Made by a program: the position numbers and the translations under genes. A stretch of 63,624 nt of DNA, counting the filler, from Licmophora abbreviata (lineage: Eukaryota), in the NCBI GenBank assembly GCA_900291995.1. It is 13 parts of 13 records of this genome, joined end to end, with 100 filler letters (N's around TTAATTAATTAA, not from the genome) between each part and the next. Parts side by side here need not be neighbours in the genome. Positions count along the whole stretch, not along the records: positions 37,005 to 40,636 come from OLMU01002508.1; positions 40,737 to 43,758 come from OLMU01002509.1; positions 43,859 to 46,763 come from OLMU01002510.1; positions 46,864 to 55,118 come from OLMU01002511.1; 9 more parts are not named here. One strand, 5' to 3'. How positions within the stretch are numbered: the first letter of the stretch is position 1; each line of letters begins with the position of its first letter. Positions 37,979 through 48,899 of the stretch are shown here, piece after piece. Under the pieces are notes generated by a model. The model saw only the letters and a list, made by a program, of their open reading frames with translations. It was not told where the DNA came from and did not search any database.

Positions 37979-40303
37979 TTAGGGTTTCGCATTCTTCTCC
38001 AACCGGTCACACCGGAAGCATTGAAACGCCCCGTAGGGAACCTCTCGAAGAGGAGGATCAAGGCATGAGAGATGGTACCATCGTTTGCATCCTTCGCAAA
38101 GGATGAGATCACCACCATCGTTGCATGCACAACAAAAATCTGAGGGCTCCTGTCGCTCCCTCTTCAGAAGACCGTATTTGGGATCACTCTTGAACGAAGC
38201 GTAATAATGGGCCAGGAGCGATGGTACATTGACCCCTTCCATGTCCACCGCCATACGGTAGAAGTCCTTCTTATAGCCGATAATCAACTCGCTAAAGCGA
38301 GCGGCCTCTTCACGCGAGAGTTTCATAACTGCAAACTCAGAGACCACCGATGGATCGCCCGACGCGAGAAAAGATTCCGCTTCGCGGACGGAATAGTTAC
38401 ACCTGTGAAGAAGCTGGAAACATTCTTCTGCTTGCAAACCAATTTTCCCAGCTCTATCAATAAAACCCTCGTGGTCCTCCCCGTTTTGAACAGCTTGCTG
38501 CGCGCGGATAGGGTCCCAGAGCACTCCGTACCTGAGAATTCGACGACAATGAGAAATGAAGGTTAGTGTACCGATAAGAGCTCGTCTACGCTCTCATACT
38601 GCTTCACGCCAGTACGATACTTACGAGTTGTCGCCCTCATCCAATTCCTCCAATTCGGCTGCCTCAGATCCAACACATGGAAGCTTCGAAACACAATGTT
38701 GTTCACCGTCACGTGCTCGCTTGAGCTTTTGCCCTTTCCAATTCTTCCTCGGACTCATCAAGCGAGGCGATTTCTCGGACAATTGTTGTTCCGCAGGCGA
38801 TGCACCACTGGCCTCGACGCCAAAATATTGAGGCGGGAGCGGCGGTGGACTATCTTGCGCGTGCGGAGCGACAACCGCGACACGCTTCATTCCTTCAGTA
38901 GCGTTGGACTCGTCCCCTGCGAACGACTCGGGGCACTGCACGGTGTACACTGGGAACTTCCCATTCACCTCTTCTGGCCAAGTTATTTGAAACCATGTTC
39001 CTTTCTGAATCGACTTTGGAATCTCAACGACGCAGAATGAATGAAATGGGCCCTGTACAACGTTTTTGGCCTTTGTATCCATAGATGTCTCAGACTTGCT
39101 AGTTCCCTGCGCGTGCGCGTCAATCGCATCCTTCGAGTCGGAGCTGTCTCCCGTCGATTCCTGGTGAGTTCCCGACCGATCTGCGGCTTCGGAATCCACA
39201 GTGTTAGTAGCGACCGGCGTTGGATCGTCAGTGCGTGTTCGCTTCTGGTCTCCACTCGCCCGCGACACACTTTCTTCAAAGAGACGTTTCTTTCCGTCTT
39301 TTCCGTCGGCAAAAGAAGAGGATGAAGTCACACGTGATACGGCAGGTGCCATACGCAGCGCTAGTTTCGCTGGCTTGGGATGCCCGCAATCCTCGTCTCT
39401 TTCGGTTGAAGCTGGCTCCAACTGTTGCTCGAGTACCAAGTCGTCACTCGCCTCGGAAGAGTCTTCCCTGTCGGTTCGAGGAGACTTGCCGCCGAAGGAC
39501 GTCAAGGCCTGTATCCTGTTTTGACTAGATGCTCCAGTATCAGCCGTTCTGTCGTGGACGAGGGAAGAATCCGATATCTGTGTAGTACGCGTCTCGTCGT
39601 GGCTTATCGCCGACAGCGGCGCAACGCTAGTTTCGCATGCCGGTGGCTTCTTGTCGCCGTCCGGTGTGCCTCCTGGCTTGAGAAGAGGATGAGGGACGTG
39701 ACTTGAAACATGCAACAGTCGATCTCCATGGTCGATCTCCATTTCCATGAGGGAGGCCCTCTGAAGATCCGTGTCAACAAAGTGATCGTCGTCCCTCATG
39801 AATTCAGCCGTGACAGGGTCCGTCTGTGACACCTTCTCGATCACTGTTGCACTCAAGGGGTTACATTTGCCTTGAGAAGAAGGAAAAGGAGAAAGAGACG
39901 GCATATGAAGACCCGAAAGGGAGAAATCGTCTAAAGCCTTGTCTCCAGCTCTAGTAATTTCGTTGGCTACCGGGAAGAATGAGGCCGCAGCAATGTCAAA
40001 GAGTTGCTCATTCGTATAGGAGAATGTCACGTCATCCTGGAGTTCTTCAGTCATGAAGGGTGACAAAAGGAACGATCCACGAGGTGTCGCAGGCTGTACT
40101 GGTAAGAAGCTGCGGGAGGGGCTGCAGGATCCGTCCGTTTCAAAGGTCGCGACTGCCTCGTGCACGTGAGTTGATTTTGTTGATTTTGGAATTGCCGATG
40201 TCCACGGTTTTGAGGTTTTGAGGGTCGCCGTCATTTCCCTCTCCAATTCCTCCTCTGTGACGGGCGGGGGCGACAGCGGAGTTCGAATTTGGAAGATTGG
40301 CAT
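37979..40303 (-). CDS. Chromatin protein with ELM2-like, SANT-like and C-terminal PHD finger domains; intron 38624-38532
   Basis: PHD FCCACNDGGDLILCEGCKRWYHLSCLDPPLREVPYGAFQCFRC. ELM2/SANT-like VLWDP...LHRCNYSV.EA...EEAARFSELI..YKKDF...HYY. Long disordered N-terminus. Confidence 0.78.
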
Positions 40304-41064
40304 GGTGGCGGGACGAAAACACGCGACTCTTGTCTAGAAAGAAGTGGCTCATGAGGTGACGAATGTGACGAAACTTCACCTTCTCCTCTTCTCGTCGTCG
40401 CATTTTTGGCGCTGCGTTGAATTAATACGGAAGGCTACTGAACGGACAACGGAGTAGTGAGCGGATTCATGAGCGAAAGCTGCTTACAGAGCATTGTCTA
40501 TAGTATCAACTCACGTAGAGTCTACGATGAAGTATCTCCAAATCAGTACTGGTCACGGATTTCGAGACGGTACACACGGTTTATACTAATTCCTCCGTAG
40601 GAACATCACGCAAAACATTTAATGCATTGGTCGACGNNNNNNNNNNNNNNNNNNNNNNNNNNNNNNNNNNNNNNNNNNNNTTAATTAATTAANNNNNNNN
40701 NNNNNNNNNNNNNNNNNNNNNNNNNNNNNNNNNNNNTATCTTTCAAGTGTACTTCTATATATCCACTCTTATACAGTCGAATGTTGAGTGTCTGGCTCTC
40801 TATGGATGGCGTCTCGCGAATTCAGAGGCTACGGTCTCGGCAGGTTATCGAAGGTCATGCGCAAGCCGAGCTGTCATTTCCCGAGCGCTCGAATATTTCA
40901 GAATATTATTGAAAGTAGCGCTTAGAGATGCATCACGAGCGCTCGAAAGTACCCAAAGGAGTCTGTGACCCTTCCAACTAGAACCACCTCTCAATGCGAA
41001 CGCTTGTGTCGATGTGTTCGTTGGGATCACCACAATACTACTAAAAGCCCCGAGGAGTTTCGAA

Positions 41065-43134
41065 ATGAGGTCATCTACCACTATTGCATTCGTAGTGCTG
41101 CTGACGAGCGTTCTGATTTGTTCGAACGCCGAGCGCATCTACGAAGAAATTGAATGGTCATCCGAACTATGTGCCCAAATGGGACATGCGTCGGACTTTG
41201 AGGTCTGTGCTCTGCTTGAATTTTGCGAGGGACACGAGGAAGACTATGGCTATCGACATACTCGTCGGTATCTCCGAGATCGACACCACAAGATTGCTAC
41301 TGATAGTGGCGGCGACGGACATCCCCACACATCGGTCATGTTTCAACACAACAAACAGGGTGCACAGGGGAAGGAGGGAGAACAATGGGGCACAGCCCAG
41401 ACTTTTGCGGACCAAGTGCCCGAAGCGGAAGAGGAAGAAGAGGAACTGAAAGAACAAGATGAAGATGGGAAAGTGCTAGACGATTCTCCTGAAACTTCAG
41501 ACGAGAGTCAGTCAGTTCTTGCTAGTCAATCGGATGAGAGTGAATCAGATTCGAGTGAGTCTGATGCGAGTTCGTCCGACGAGACGCAATCAAAGGAGAG
41601 TGAGTCAGATACGAGTCAATCAGAAGAAACCGACTCAGTAACAACTTCCGATGTGAGTCAATCAGATACTATTAGCCAGTCCAATGAGAGTTCGCTGTCC
41701 GATGAGACGCAGTCAGACGAAAGTCCCTCGGATGACCCGGCTGATCCGATTGAACCTATGCTCGACGGCGACGAAGAAGAAAGCCATGGATACATTGACG
41801 AGTACCCCCAGTCTTCAGTTGACAAGCCAGGACCGAACAACGCCAGGTACGGCTGGAGAATTCCTGGGTCGAGCCATTGCTCGTGGCCAGGTCCGTTGAT
41901 TCGATTGAAGCGAGGGCAGAAGCACGGGCTTTTTGTCAAAGGCTCCGGCAAAGATACTCCCACCAACCTTCACTTGCACGGTTTGCATATACCGGGATCT
42001 GGTAATAGTGATGATCCTTCTCGTACAATCAAGGGTGACGACATGATTATCTACAACATTGATGTCCCGGAAGATACACACATGGGTGGCACCCACTGGT
42101 ACCACACACACTACCATGGGATGTCGTTCGAACAGATCGGGGGAGGCGCGTTCGGACTGTTGATTGTCGACGACAATGGACACGACGTCGGTACTAGCGA
42201 CGGGAACGTGCTGAGCTTTCTTGAAAAGGATCGCTTGCTCGTGCTTGATGACAGAATCGGAAAGTGGGTTGCAAATGGTCTCGAGCACGGCGATACATAC
42301 TCGTTTAACAAAGACGAATGGTATCGCCTTCGAATCCTGGCAGTAAGCTTGGACGCTCATCATTCAACAGAAGTAATAGAGTTCGGAAAGCAATGTGGAG
42401 TACGGGCAATCGCACACGACGGTATTTTCCGATTTCAAGTACCTGCCGAAGCAAAATTATTCCACAGGCTAACAGTCGCCTCTCGGCTCGACCTAGCGAT
42501 TCGCTGCTCGTCCTCATCTTCCATAAAGTTGAACGGGAATCAGGTGGCATCTATATCAGTGGCTGAGAGCCCCGATGCTGACTTAGAATCGACTCCTTTT
42601 GAGTCTGGCGATCAGACCTGGTTGTCGAAGCGGCCGCCCTACTTGGAAGACTTAAGAATGAGCAACGTCGACAACCACTGGACTGTCAAGATCGACACAA
42701 CAAATATTAACAGCATCAGTTGTATGGATCATCGCCCCCTCTGTTCCGATCAAGGGACTGATTTTCAGTATGGGAGTGTTCAGGAATGGACCCTGAGAAG
42801 CGTTAACTCCCATTCTTTTCACGCCCATATGTATCCCATGCAGATTGTCTCAGATAGTGGCTGCGGGTCAGGCCACGATGTTGGCGAGTTCTATGATACC
42901 GTGTTCGCGGTGAAGACGAGTACAAGTGATCAGTGCAAGGTCCGGTTGAACTTTGTTGATGTCGCGGGCCCAGTAATGATGCACTGTCACAATCTGATGC
43001 ACAGTGACCACGGCAGTATGGGATACATCATGGTACAAGGAGGACCAATACAATCGAACGAGCCGCGTGTGCAAGAATGCACAAGCGGGCCCGTTTGTGA
43101 CGAGCCACACATACGGAACGTGTGCGGCATGTGA
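41065..43134 (+). CDS. Secreted multicopper oxidase (three cupredoxin domains) with an acidic Ser/Asp/Glu-rich N-terminal region
   Basis: Signal peptide and all four Cu motifs: TNLHLHG, HWYHTHYHG, HSFHAH and MHCHNLMHSDHGSM. No intron. Confidence 0.88.
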   Translation: MRSSTTIAFVVLLTSVLICSNAERIYEEIEWSSELCAQMGHASDFEVCALLEFCEGHEEDYGYRHTRRYLRDRHHKIATDSGGDGHPHTSVMFQHNKQGAQGKEGEQWGTAQTFADQVPEAEEEEEELKEQDEDGKVLDDSPETSDESQSVLASQSDESESDSSESDASSSDETQSKESESDTSQSEETDSVTTSDVSQSDTISQSNESSLSDETQSDESPSDDPADPIEPMLDGDEEESHGYIDEYPQSSVDKPGPNNARYGWRIPGSSHCSWPGPLIRLKRGQKHGLFVKGSGKDTPTNLHLHGLHIPGSGNSDDPSRTIKGDDMIIYNIDVPEDTHMGGTHWYHTHYHGMSFEQIGGGAFGLLIVDDNGHDVGTSDGNVLSFLEKDRLLVLDDRIGKWVANGLEHGDTYSFNKDEWYRLRILAVSLDAHHSTEVIEFGKQCGVRAIAHDGIFRFQVPAEAKLFHRLTVASRLDLAIRCSSSSSIKLNGNQVASISVAESPDADLESTPFESGDQTWLSKRPPYLEDLRMSNVDNHWTVKIDTTNINSISCMDHRPLCSDQGTDFQYGSVQEWTLRSVNSHSFHAHMYPMQIVSDSGCGSGHDVGEFYDTVFAVKTSTSDQCKVRLNFVDVAGPVMMHCHNLMHSDHGSMGYIMVQGGPIQSNEPRVQECTSGPVCDEPHIRNVCGM
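41425..41781 (+). repeat. Degenerate coding repeats (SQSDE / ESESD.S / SSSDETQS) within the MCO acidic tract
   Basis: For example gagagtgaatcagattcgagt (41536) vs gagagtgagtcagatacgagt (41596), and tccgacgagacgcaatca vs tccgatgagacgcagtca. Confidence 0.7.
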
Positions 43135-43209
43135 TACAGAGCGTTATACAACAAACACTAAACTAAGAAAATATGGTATGACAACGGCTTTTTATCGCGG
43201 ACACGAAAC

Positions 43210-46200
43210 TCAGGTTAGTTCGAAGCCCGATCCAGACTCGATCGCATCGATCAACTTCTTTCGAAGCAATTCTTTACTTCGGTAGTTCGGTAGTTTTAGC
43301 AGATTCATGCAGGTCGCGCTTGTAGGTAAAGGGGCGTTCTTCGCTGCGTTCTCTCCTTGAAGCATGACATCCGGAAGACGAATCTGCTGCACACAAGGCG
43401 CCGGTTCGAGAGCCTGGAACCCCAAAAGAGGTTGCCGAGAACACGAAGTCGTGTACCTAAGAAATTGCCTTTGCTGTTCCCCAGTGAACGCTTCCAACAC
43501 CTCCCAGAACCACTGCATGATCTTCTGTGACGGATGATAGCCGCCGGCGTACTGCATTGCTGCTTTTAGTCCTTGAACGTCGATTCCTTTTACGGTATCA
43601 TCGCCGCTGATGAGTTTCTGTAACTCATGGGCGCTGAAGAGGCGAACCCATGAAGCGGGAATAAGATCGCGAAAGCCTCGAAGGAACGCTCGAGTAGGAA
43701 GGGCCGTCTGCACATTCAGTCGATGGTGTGCCACTTGGTGTATGTAAAGGATCAAATTNNNNNNNNNNNNNNNNNNNNNNNNNNNNNNNNNNNNNNNNNN
43801 NNTTAATTAATTAANNNNNNNNNNNNNNNNNNNNNNNNNNNNNNNNNNNNNNNNNNNNCACTTGGTGTATGTAAAGGATCAAATTCTCTTTTGTCACAGG
43901 AATTGCACTGCCGCCGGGCAGTAGCTCGACTGTGCGTGTTCTCGATCCGCTGCCGAATGTCGATTCGAATGTGAGTTGAAGATCGCTAATTTCACGCTCA
44001 GAGAACTTGCGCAGGTTCGTGAGGTTCTCGTAGTACTCTGCGTCGAGGTTCTTCAAGTCTTCGAGAGAGTTCTGCTTGCCTAGCAGCTGGTTCAGAAACG
44101 GCAGACAGAATTGCGGTTCCACCAGAATGGACTCGTAGACTGCTTTGCCCAAGACACGGCCAAGAAATTCGTAGTGAGCGAGAGTCTCGGGGGACTGCGA
44201 TGTCGCCATATCAATCGTTAACATCTGGGACGGTGTTATCGAGAACAGCGCAGGTGACCCTTCCTTGTGCTTAGACGGGTCGAACGCCTCCTTGATTAAA
44301 TCGTCCAAGAACTCTTTGAAGACCCCACCTCCGTCGATCCCAGCTTCTTCGGCGCCATGCTGGTTGATAAAGGAAACTTGAACTTTCTTTTTCAGACGAG
44401 GCCCTAGACCATTCAGGCGAGTCATCGAATCATCGTACAACGCATCCCGTCGTATCTGGACCTGCTCTCTACCTGATAGATTGACGTCGCCTTCGAGTTG
44501 CCGACCTTGCTCTGCCATTCGCATCATTGCTTGTCGAAACTCATGGGTTTCATCTTGCGTTTTGAGCTTGTCGGCATGCAAAAGAGAGTCAAATAGTTTT
44601 ACTCGACGATCAAACGGTAGTACCTGCGGTATGACGGTCAAAATACGAGCCATCTTCGGATCTCGAAACGATTCCGCGAGCGCATCGCTCTCCTGGTCTG
44701 CGGGAGGCATGGGCACATCGCCATCGTCCTCGCTTGTGTCCATGGAAGCCACACTCTCGTTCTCGTCAGGTATTGCTCTGTCACGAACCGTCACAACCGG
44801 AACGTGCTCCGCGCGACTGACAAGTCGCGGGAACCACCAACTAGCCTCAGGACAAAAGGGAGAGTGTCGCACCAGTCTGCACCACCTTTCATACAAGGAG
44901 TTCCAGAGTTTGGTGCCAGACAACATGAGACGAGCTCGCAATGCTCGAGACTGAACTTCCTCATTCAATCCACCCAAGCTCACGAGAACATCCGACGCCA
45001 CTACTGGTTTCGTCCAGTAAACCTCGTACAGGAGCGAGCGCAACTCTAGAATGACGCTTTCTGCAAAAATCAACGGAAGTCCACCCCGTGCTGTCGTGTA
45101 CTGCTCTAAGAACTCGTCATCACTCTGAGCCATCAAGTGATGCGAGAATAAGTCACAAAAGACTGTCATTCCAATCAGCAATTCTTTTCTGTCTTCCACG
45201 TGTTGTCCATTCTCTTCCATCTGCTCGCCATCCCGTATCCATAAACGAACGCTTCTCCACAACGCCTCCAGAAACGATTTGGAAAAGGCCAACTGCGACA
45301 CAAACGGTGACGCTGTAGTGCTCTGCCCAATACGAAGCCCACTCGCCGTCTGCAATAGCATACCCAGTACAGTCCAATACGCTGCAACAACTTCCGGATC
45401 CGCTTGCTGCTCCGCCAGCGCCAGCCCCCATCCCTTCCAAAGGCTAGGATCGCCAATCTGCTTGGCCAACGCCACGAGCGACGCCTTGTCGCTATTACTG
45501 TTGCGTGGTGACACTACAGCCATCAATCCATCCTTGCGCCAGCGCCCAAGCTGCTCTCGAAAGAGACGATCCAGTTTCGGTGCCGTCTGTATATCTTGCC
45601 TCGAATGCTGAGAGGAAGACGCTTGTCGCTTTGTGGGACGAGGCATGCGAATTGATGAGTGGTATGGAGCGTCGTCTTCTCCATCAGAATCACTTTCGTC
45701 CTCCTCCGCCCCATTCTGTAGGATGACGCGTGACGACGACGTTCCATAGACGAGTTCCTGAATATCTTCTCCTTGCACCACCAACATTGTCAAGAACGCG
45801 ACATCCTGACGTTGCTGCAACATATAACGCAAGAGATTCAATAGAGACAGGGGCGGTACTATCAAGGATGATTTCGGATGCTGACATGACTGGAGGGCGT
45901 TGGAAATCAAGATTCCCTCTCGACCCGCCACACGAGTCTTCAGCACTGCTTGCATCGTATGAGTAAGGTCACCATTATCCAAGGATGGAAGCAGCATGTC
46001 CACTAAGGATGTAAGCAAGACGTCATGTGTCCATTTCTCCTTTGCATCGTCCTCGTTGACTCCAAAATAGACATGAGGACCGTATTGAAACAAGAAGAGA
46101 GCTTTCTTCTTTGGTGTGCAAAAGACGGTAGAGCCAAGCAATGCCACGGCCTCCTTGGAAGCGAGTGTCGCTGCAGCACGACAGGATTGCTGCCACATAT

Positions 46201-47018
46201 ATACAATCAATGCGTTGGTGCTGCTCACGGACGATTGCAACGACGACTCGACAGGATCATCCTCCCACCACAACCAATCCTGGGTACACGTGATGAGTGC
46301 CATGTAGATCTCGTCGTTCCATGCAAAGACATTGGACTGACCCGGCGACGACAATACTGCTTTGAGTAAGCGAGAGAGTGAGAGTGTGGTGCTGGACAAG
46401 GACGTCGTCATGTCGGACGATCGAGGCACATGGGCGATGAGTGAGTCCAAGACTGCGAGTGCGATACGGCGGGAGGAAATCAGGGACATTTGTTGTTGTT
46501 GTTGTTGTTGTTGAACAACTCGTTCATAGTAGTCGACCAAGAGAGATGGAATCATTTGCTTGCCCAAAAAGGGCATTAGGGGAGATGACAGTCGCAGAGA
46601 CAGTACGTGCGTCGGATGCAAGGCCGTCGTCGTCTCCGACACCAGCAGGACCGTCGCCACATACTTTCGTAGACTCCATCCTCGATACAAGGTTTGCAGT
46701 GCCGTCGCTGCCTTTTGTTGACGCTGTACAAGTCGTCGCTCTTCTCGTAAGACACGTGAGGATNNNNNNNNNNNNNNNNNNNNNNNNNNNNNNNNNNNNN
46801 NNNNNNNTTAATTAATTAANNNNNNNNNNNNNNNNNNNNNNNNNNNNNNNNNNNNNNNNNNNNCTCTTGCGATCTTGAACACCCGTGACGAGCGAAGTTC
46901 GTTGCAATGAAGAGGACGTACTAGTAGTAGTGCTGGTGGAGATTCGTTGTCGACGACGACTGGAAGACGCTCCGCCTAGATCGATCGTTCGACGGGAACG
47001 ATGGCTTCCGTCAAACAT
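43210..47018 (-). CDS. HECT E3 ubiquitin ligase of the UBE3B/UBE3C/UPL6-7 type with an IQ motif; spans two spacers
   Basis: N-terminus MFDGSHRSRRTIDLGG, IQ-like AATALQTLYRGWSLRK at about 46670-46715, EAGIDGGGVFKEFL, and catalytic LPTSATCMNLLKLPNY...SGFELT. Flanks of gap 43759-43858 overlap by 27 bp. Confidence 0.92.
46490..46513 (-). repeat. (CAA)n microsatellite encoding poly-Gln in the HECT ligase
   Basis: ttgttgttgttgttgttgttgttg seen directly. Confidence 0.85.
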
Positions 47019-47326
47019 ATCGGCGAATGTGTACCTTAAATTCGACTTGGATAAGTCAGAGTGGAAGAATAGGGGAGCATGGACGCCGGGGAGGGGTAGG
47101 TGAAGTGAGACGATGGAGGGATGCGTCGCCATTTTGTCGCGGGAAAGAACATCTCCGAAGATGCAAATCGAGCTGCGAGATTTTATGTCTTGAAGGGGAG
47201 CTCGTACTATGTAAAATCAGTACTATGGATTGTGTATGTAGAAAATGAGTATATATTCTACTGCGTGATGAGCATAATGTCTTCCTGCGAAATTCTCACT
47301 TCTCACGAAATACTACGAATTTGACC

Positions 47327-48745
47327 ATGACGACGACGACAGAGGAGGATCGCAAAGGAAACCATGCCGCAGAAACCCATCCGCACGACCATCACCTTCC
47401 TCCTCCTTCACAAAATTTGCCTCACAATCTGAACCATGACTTTCCTCACGACGCCTATCCGAAGACTACCGAGCTATTGAGTGCCATAGTGGCAGGAAGG
47501 TGGGACGATGTGAGAGCGCGACTTGAGACAAATAACGTCTCGGCGACGACGACGACGACGACGACTCCAGAACACTGCTACGACCCGTATGTCAAGCCGT
47601 TGTACAACAATCATGATCCCCCTCTCCCACAAATTGCACAATTCGGATTCGCGGATGCTGACCTAGGAATGCCTCCCCTCCACCGCGCACTCATGACACT
47701 GAAAACTCCGCACGATGTTCTCTTGAAGCTCATATCCCACACTCCTCCGGACGTCTTTCAAATGAGAGACAAGTTTGGAATTTATGGCTTTCTTCCATTG
47801 CATTGGGCGTGTCAGCGTGAGGAGGACCATGATGGTGATGGAACGAGAGACGAAATTGTACGTAGTGTCATGGATCGCTTCCCCGAGGCCGTTTGGGAAC
47901 GATCGGTGGAACGACAGACTTATCCGCTCCATTTGCTCTTGGAGAAGCGACCGACCTTGAAACTTGTCCAACGCATCTGCGGCGTCCCTCCACCCTGTGA
48001 GCCTCCACCCTGTGAGGGCCTGCGCGACATGGTTGCTCTTCCCGACGAACAAGGACAGTATGCAGCCATGGTAGCCATAGACTACCGGGCCTCGGACGAC
48101 GTGGTGGAATATTTGATGGACCGTTCTCGTAAAGCACAACTTACGGAACGAAACGCTGGGTTCATTCCTCTTCAGTGTGCTGCGCTGCACGGATGCTCCA
48201 TCAGGGTGCTGCAGACATTACTTGCTGAGCCTGGTTGCATCAAAACACAATCAAAAGAAGAAGTCACACCTCTTCATTACCTCTTCTTCTCGGAACTGGA
48301 CGAACCTGCCTTTGACCGATGGTTCTACGCCACCGTGGACGATTACAACCAACCTTCGACCGACCTTGTTGCGGCTCATGATATGGCCCGCATCATGATT
48401 CAGGCCTATTGTCTCCACGCGGAGACGCTCATGGAACCAGACCACGAAAAACGGGACCGCAAAAAGGCGAGACGCAACAACAACAATGCTTTGTGGCTTG
48501 CGCGTGCGCAGAAAGTGATTGGGGAACGCAACATGACGAGACGATGGACGGTACTGCAAGCGGCAAAGGGTCTTCGAGAAGATCTCTGGAATAGAAAGGG
48601 TGCTTCGAGTGTTTCTCTTTCCAACTTGATTACCGACTTGGAGGGCATCATGGATGGAACGTTCAAAAAGGAGGACTTCCAGGACGGCACAAAGGGTTGG
48701 AAGAACGCTTGGATCAGGTTTCAGGGAGACGGCGAGAAGGGGTGA
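47327..48745 (+). CDS. Ankyrin-repeat-like protein (diatom type)
   Basis: Repeated G.(L/P)PLH.A motifs (GMPPLHRAL, GFLPLHWAC, TYPLHLLL, GFIPLQCAA, VTPLHYL) and FPEAV. Also (ACG)n poly-Thr tracts and a 15-bp tandem duplication (PPPCE x2, 47987-48016). Confidence 0.72.
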   Translation: MTTTTEEDRKGNHAAETHPHDHHLPPPSQNLPHNLNHDFPHDAYPKTTELLSAIVAGRWDDVRARLETNNVSATTTTTTTPEHCYDPYVKPLYNNHDPPLPQIAQFGFADADLGMPPLHRALMTLKTPHDVLLKLISHTPPDVFQMRDKFGIYGFLPLHWACQREEDHDGDGTRDEIVRSVMDRFPEAVWERSVERQTYPLHLLLEKRPTLKLVQRICGVPPPCEPPPCEGLRDMVALPDEQGQYAAMVAIDYRASDDVVEYLMDRSRKAQLTERNAGFIPLQCAALHGCSIRVLQTLLAEPGCIKTQSKEEVTPLHYLFFSELDEPAFDRWFYATVDDYNQPSTDLVAAHDMARIMIQAYCLHAETLMEPDHEKRDRKKARRNNNNALWLARAQKVIGERNMTRRWTVLQAAKGLREDLWNRKGASSVSLSNLITDLEGIMDGTFKKEDFQDGTKGWKNAWIRFQGDGEKG

Positions 48746-48899
48746 GGATCTTAGTGCCCATGTCATAAGTTTGCGAATGACGACCTCATCATCCAGTATC
48801 TAGTTTTGTAGCTAGCTACCGTGAGTTTTCCAATAGTATAGCTATATTAGCAGCAAGAGTTCGTCACATCTCTATGTACCGGAGCATCCAGTGCCACTA

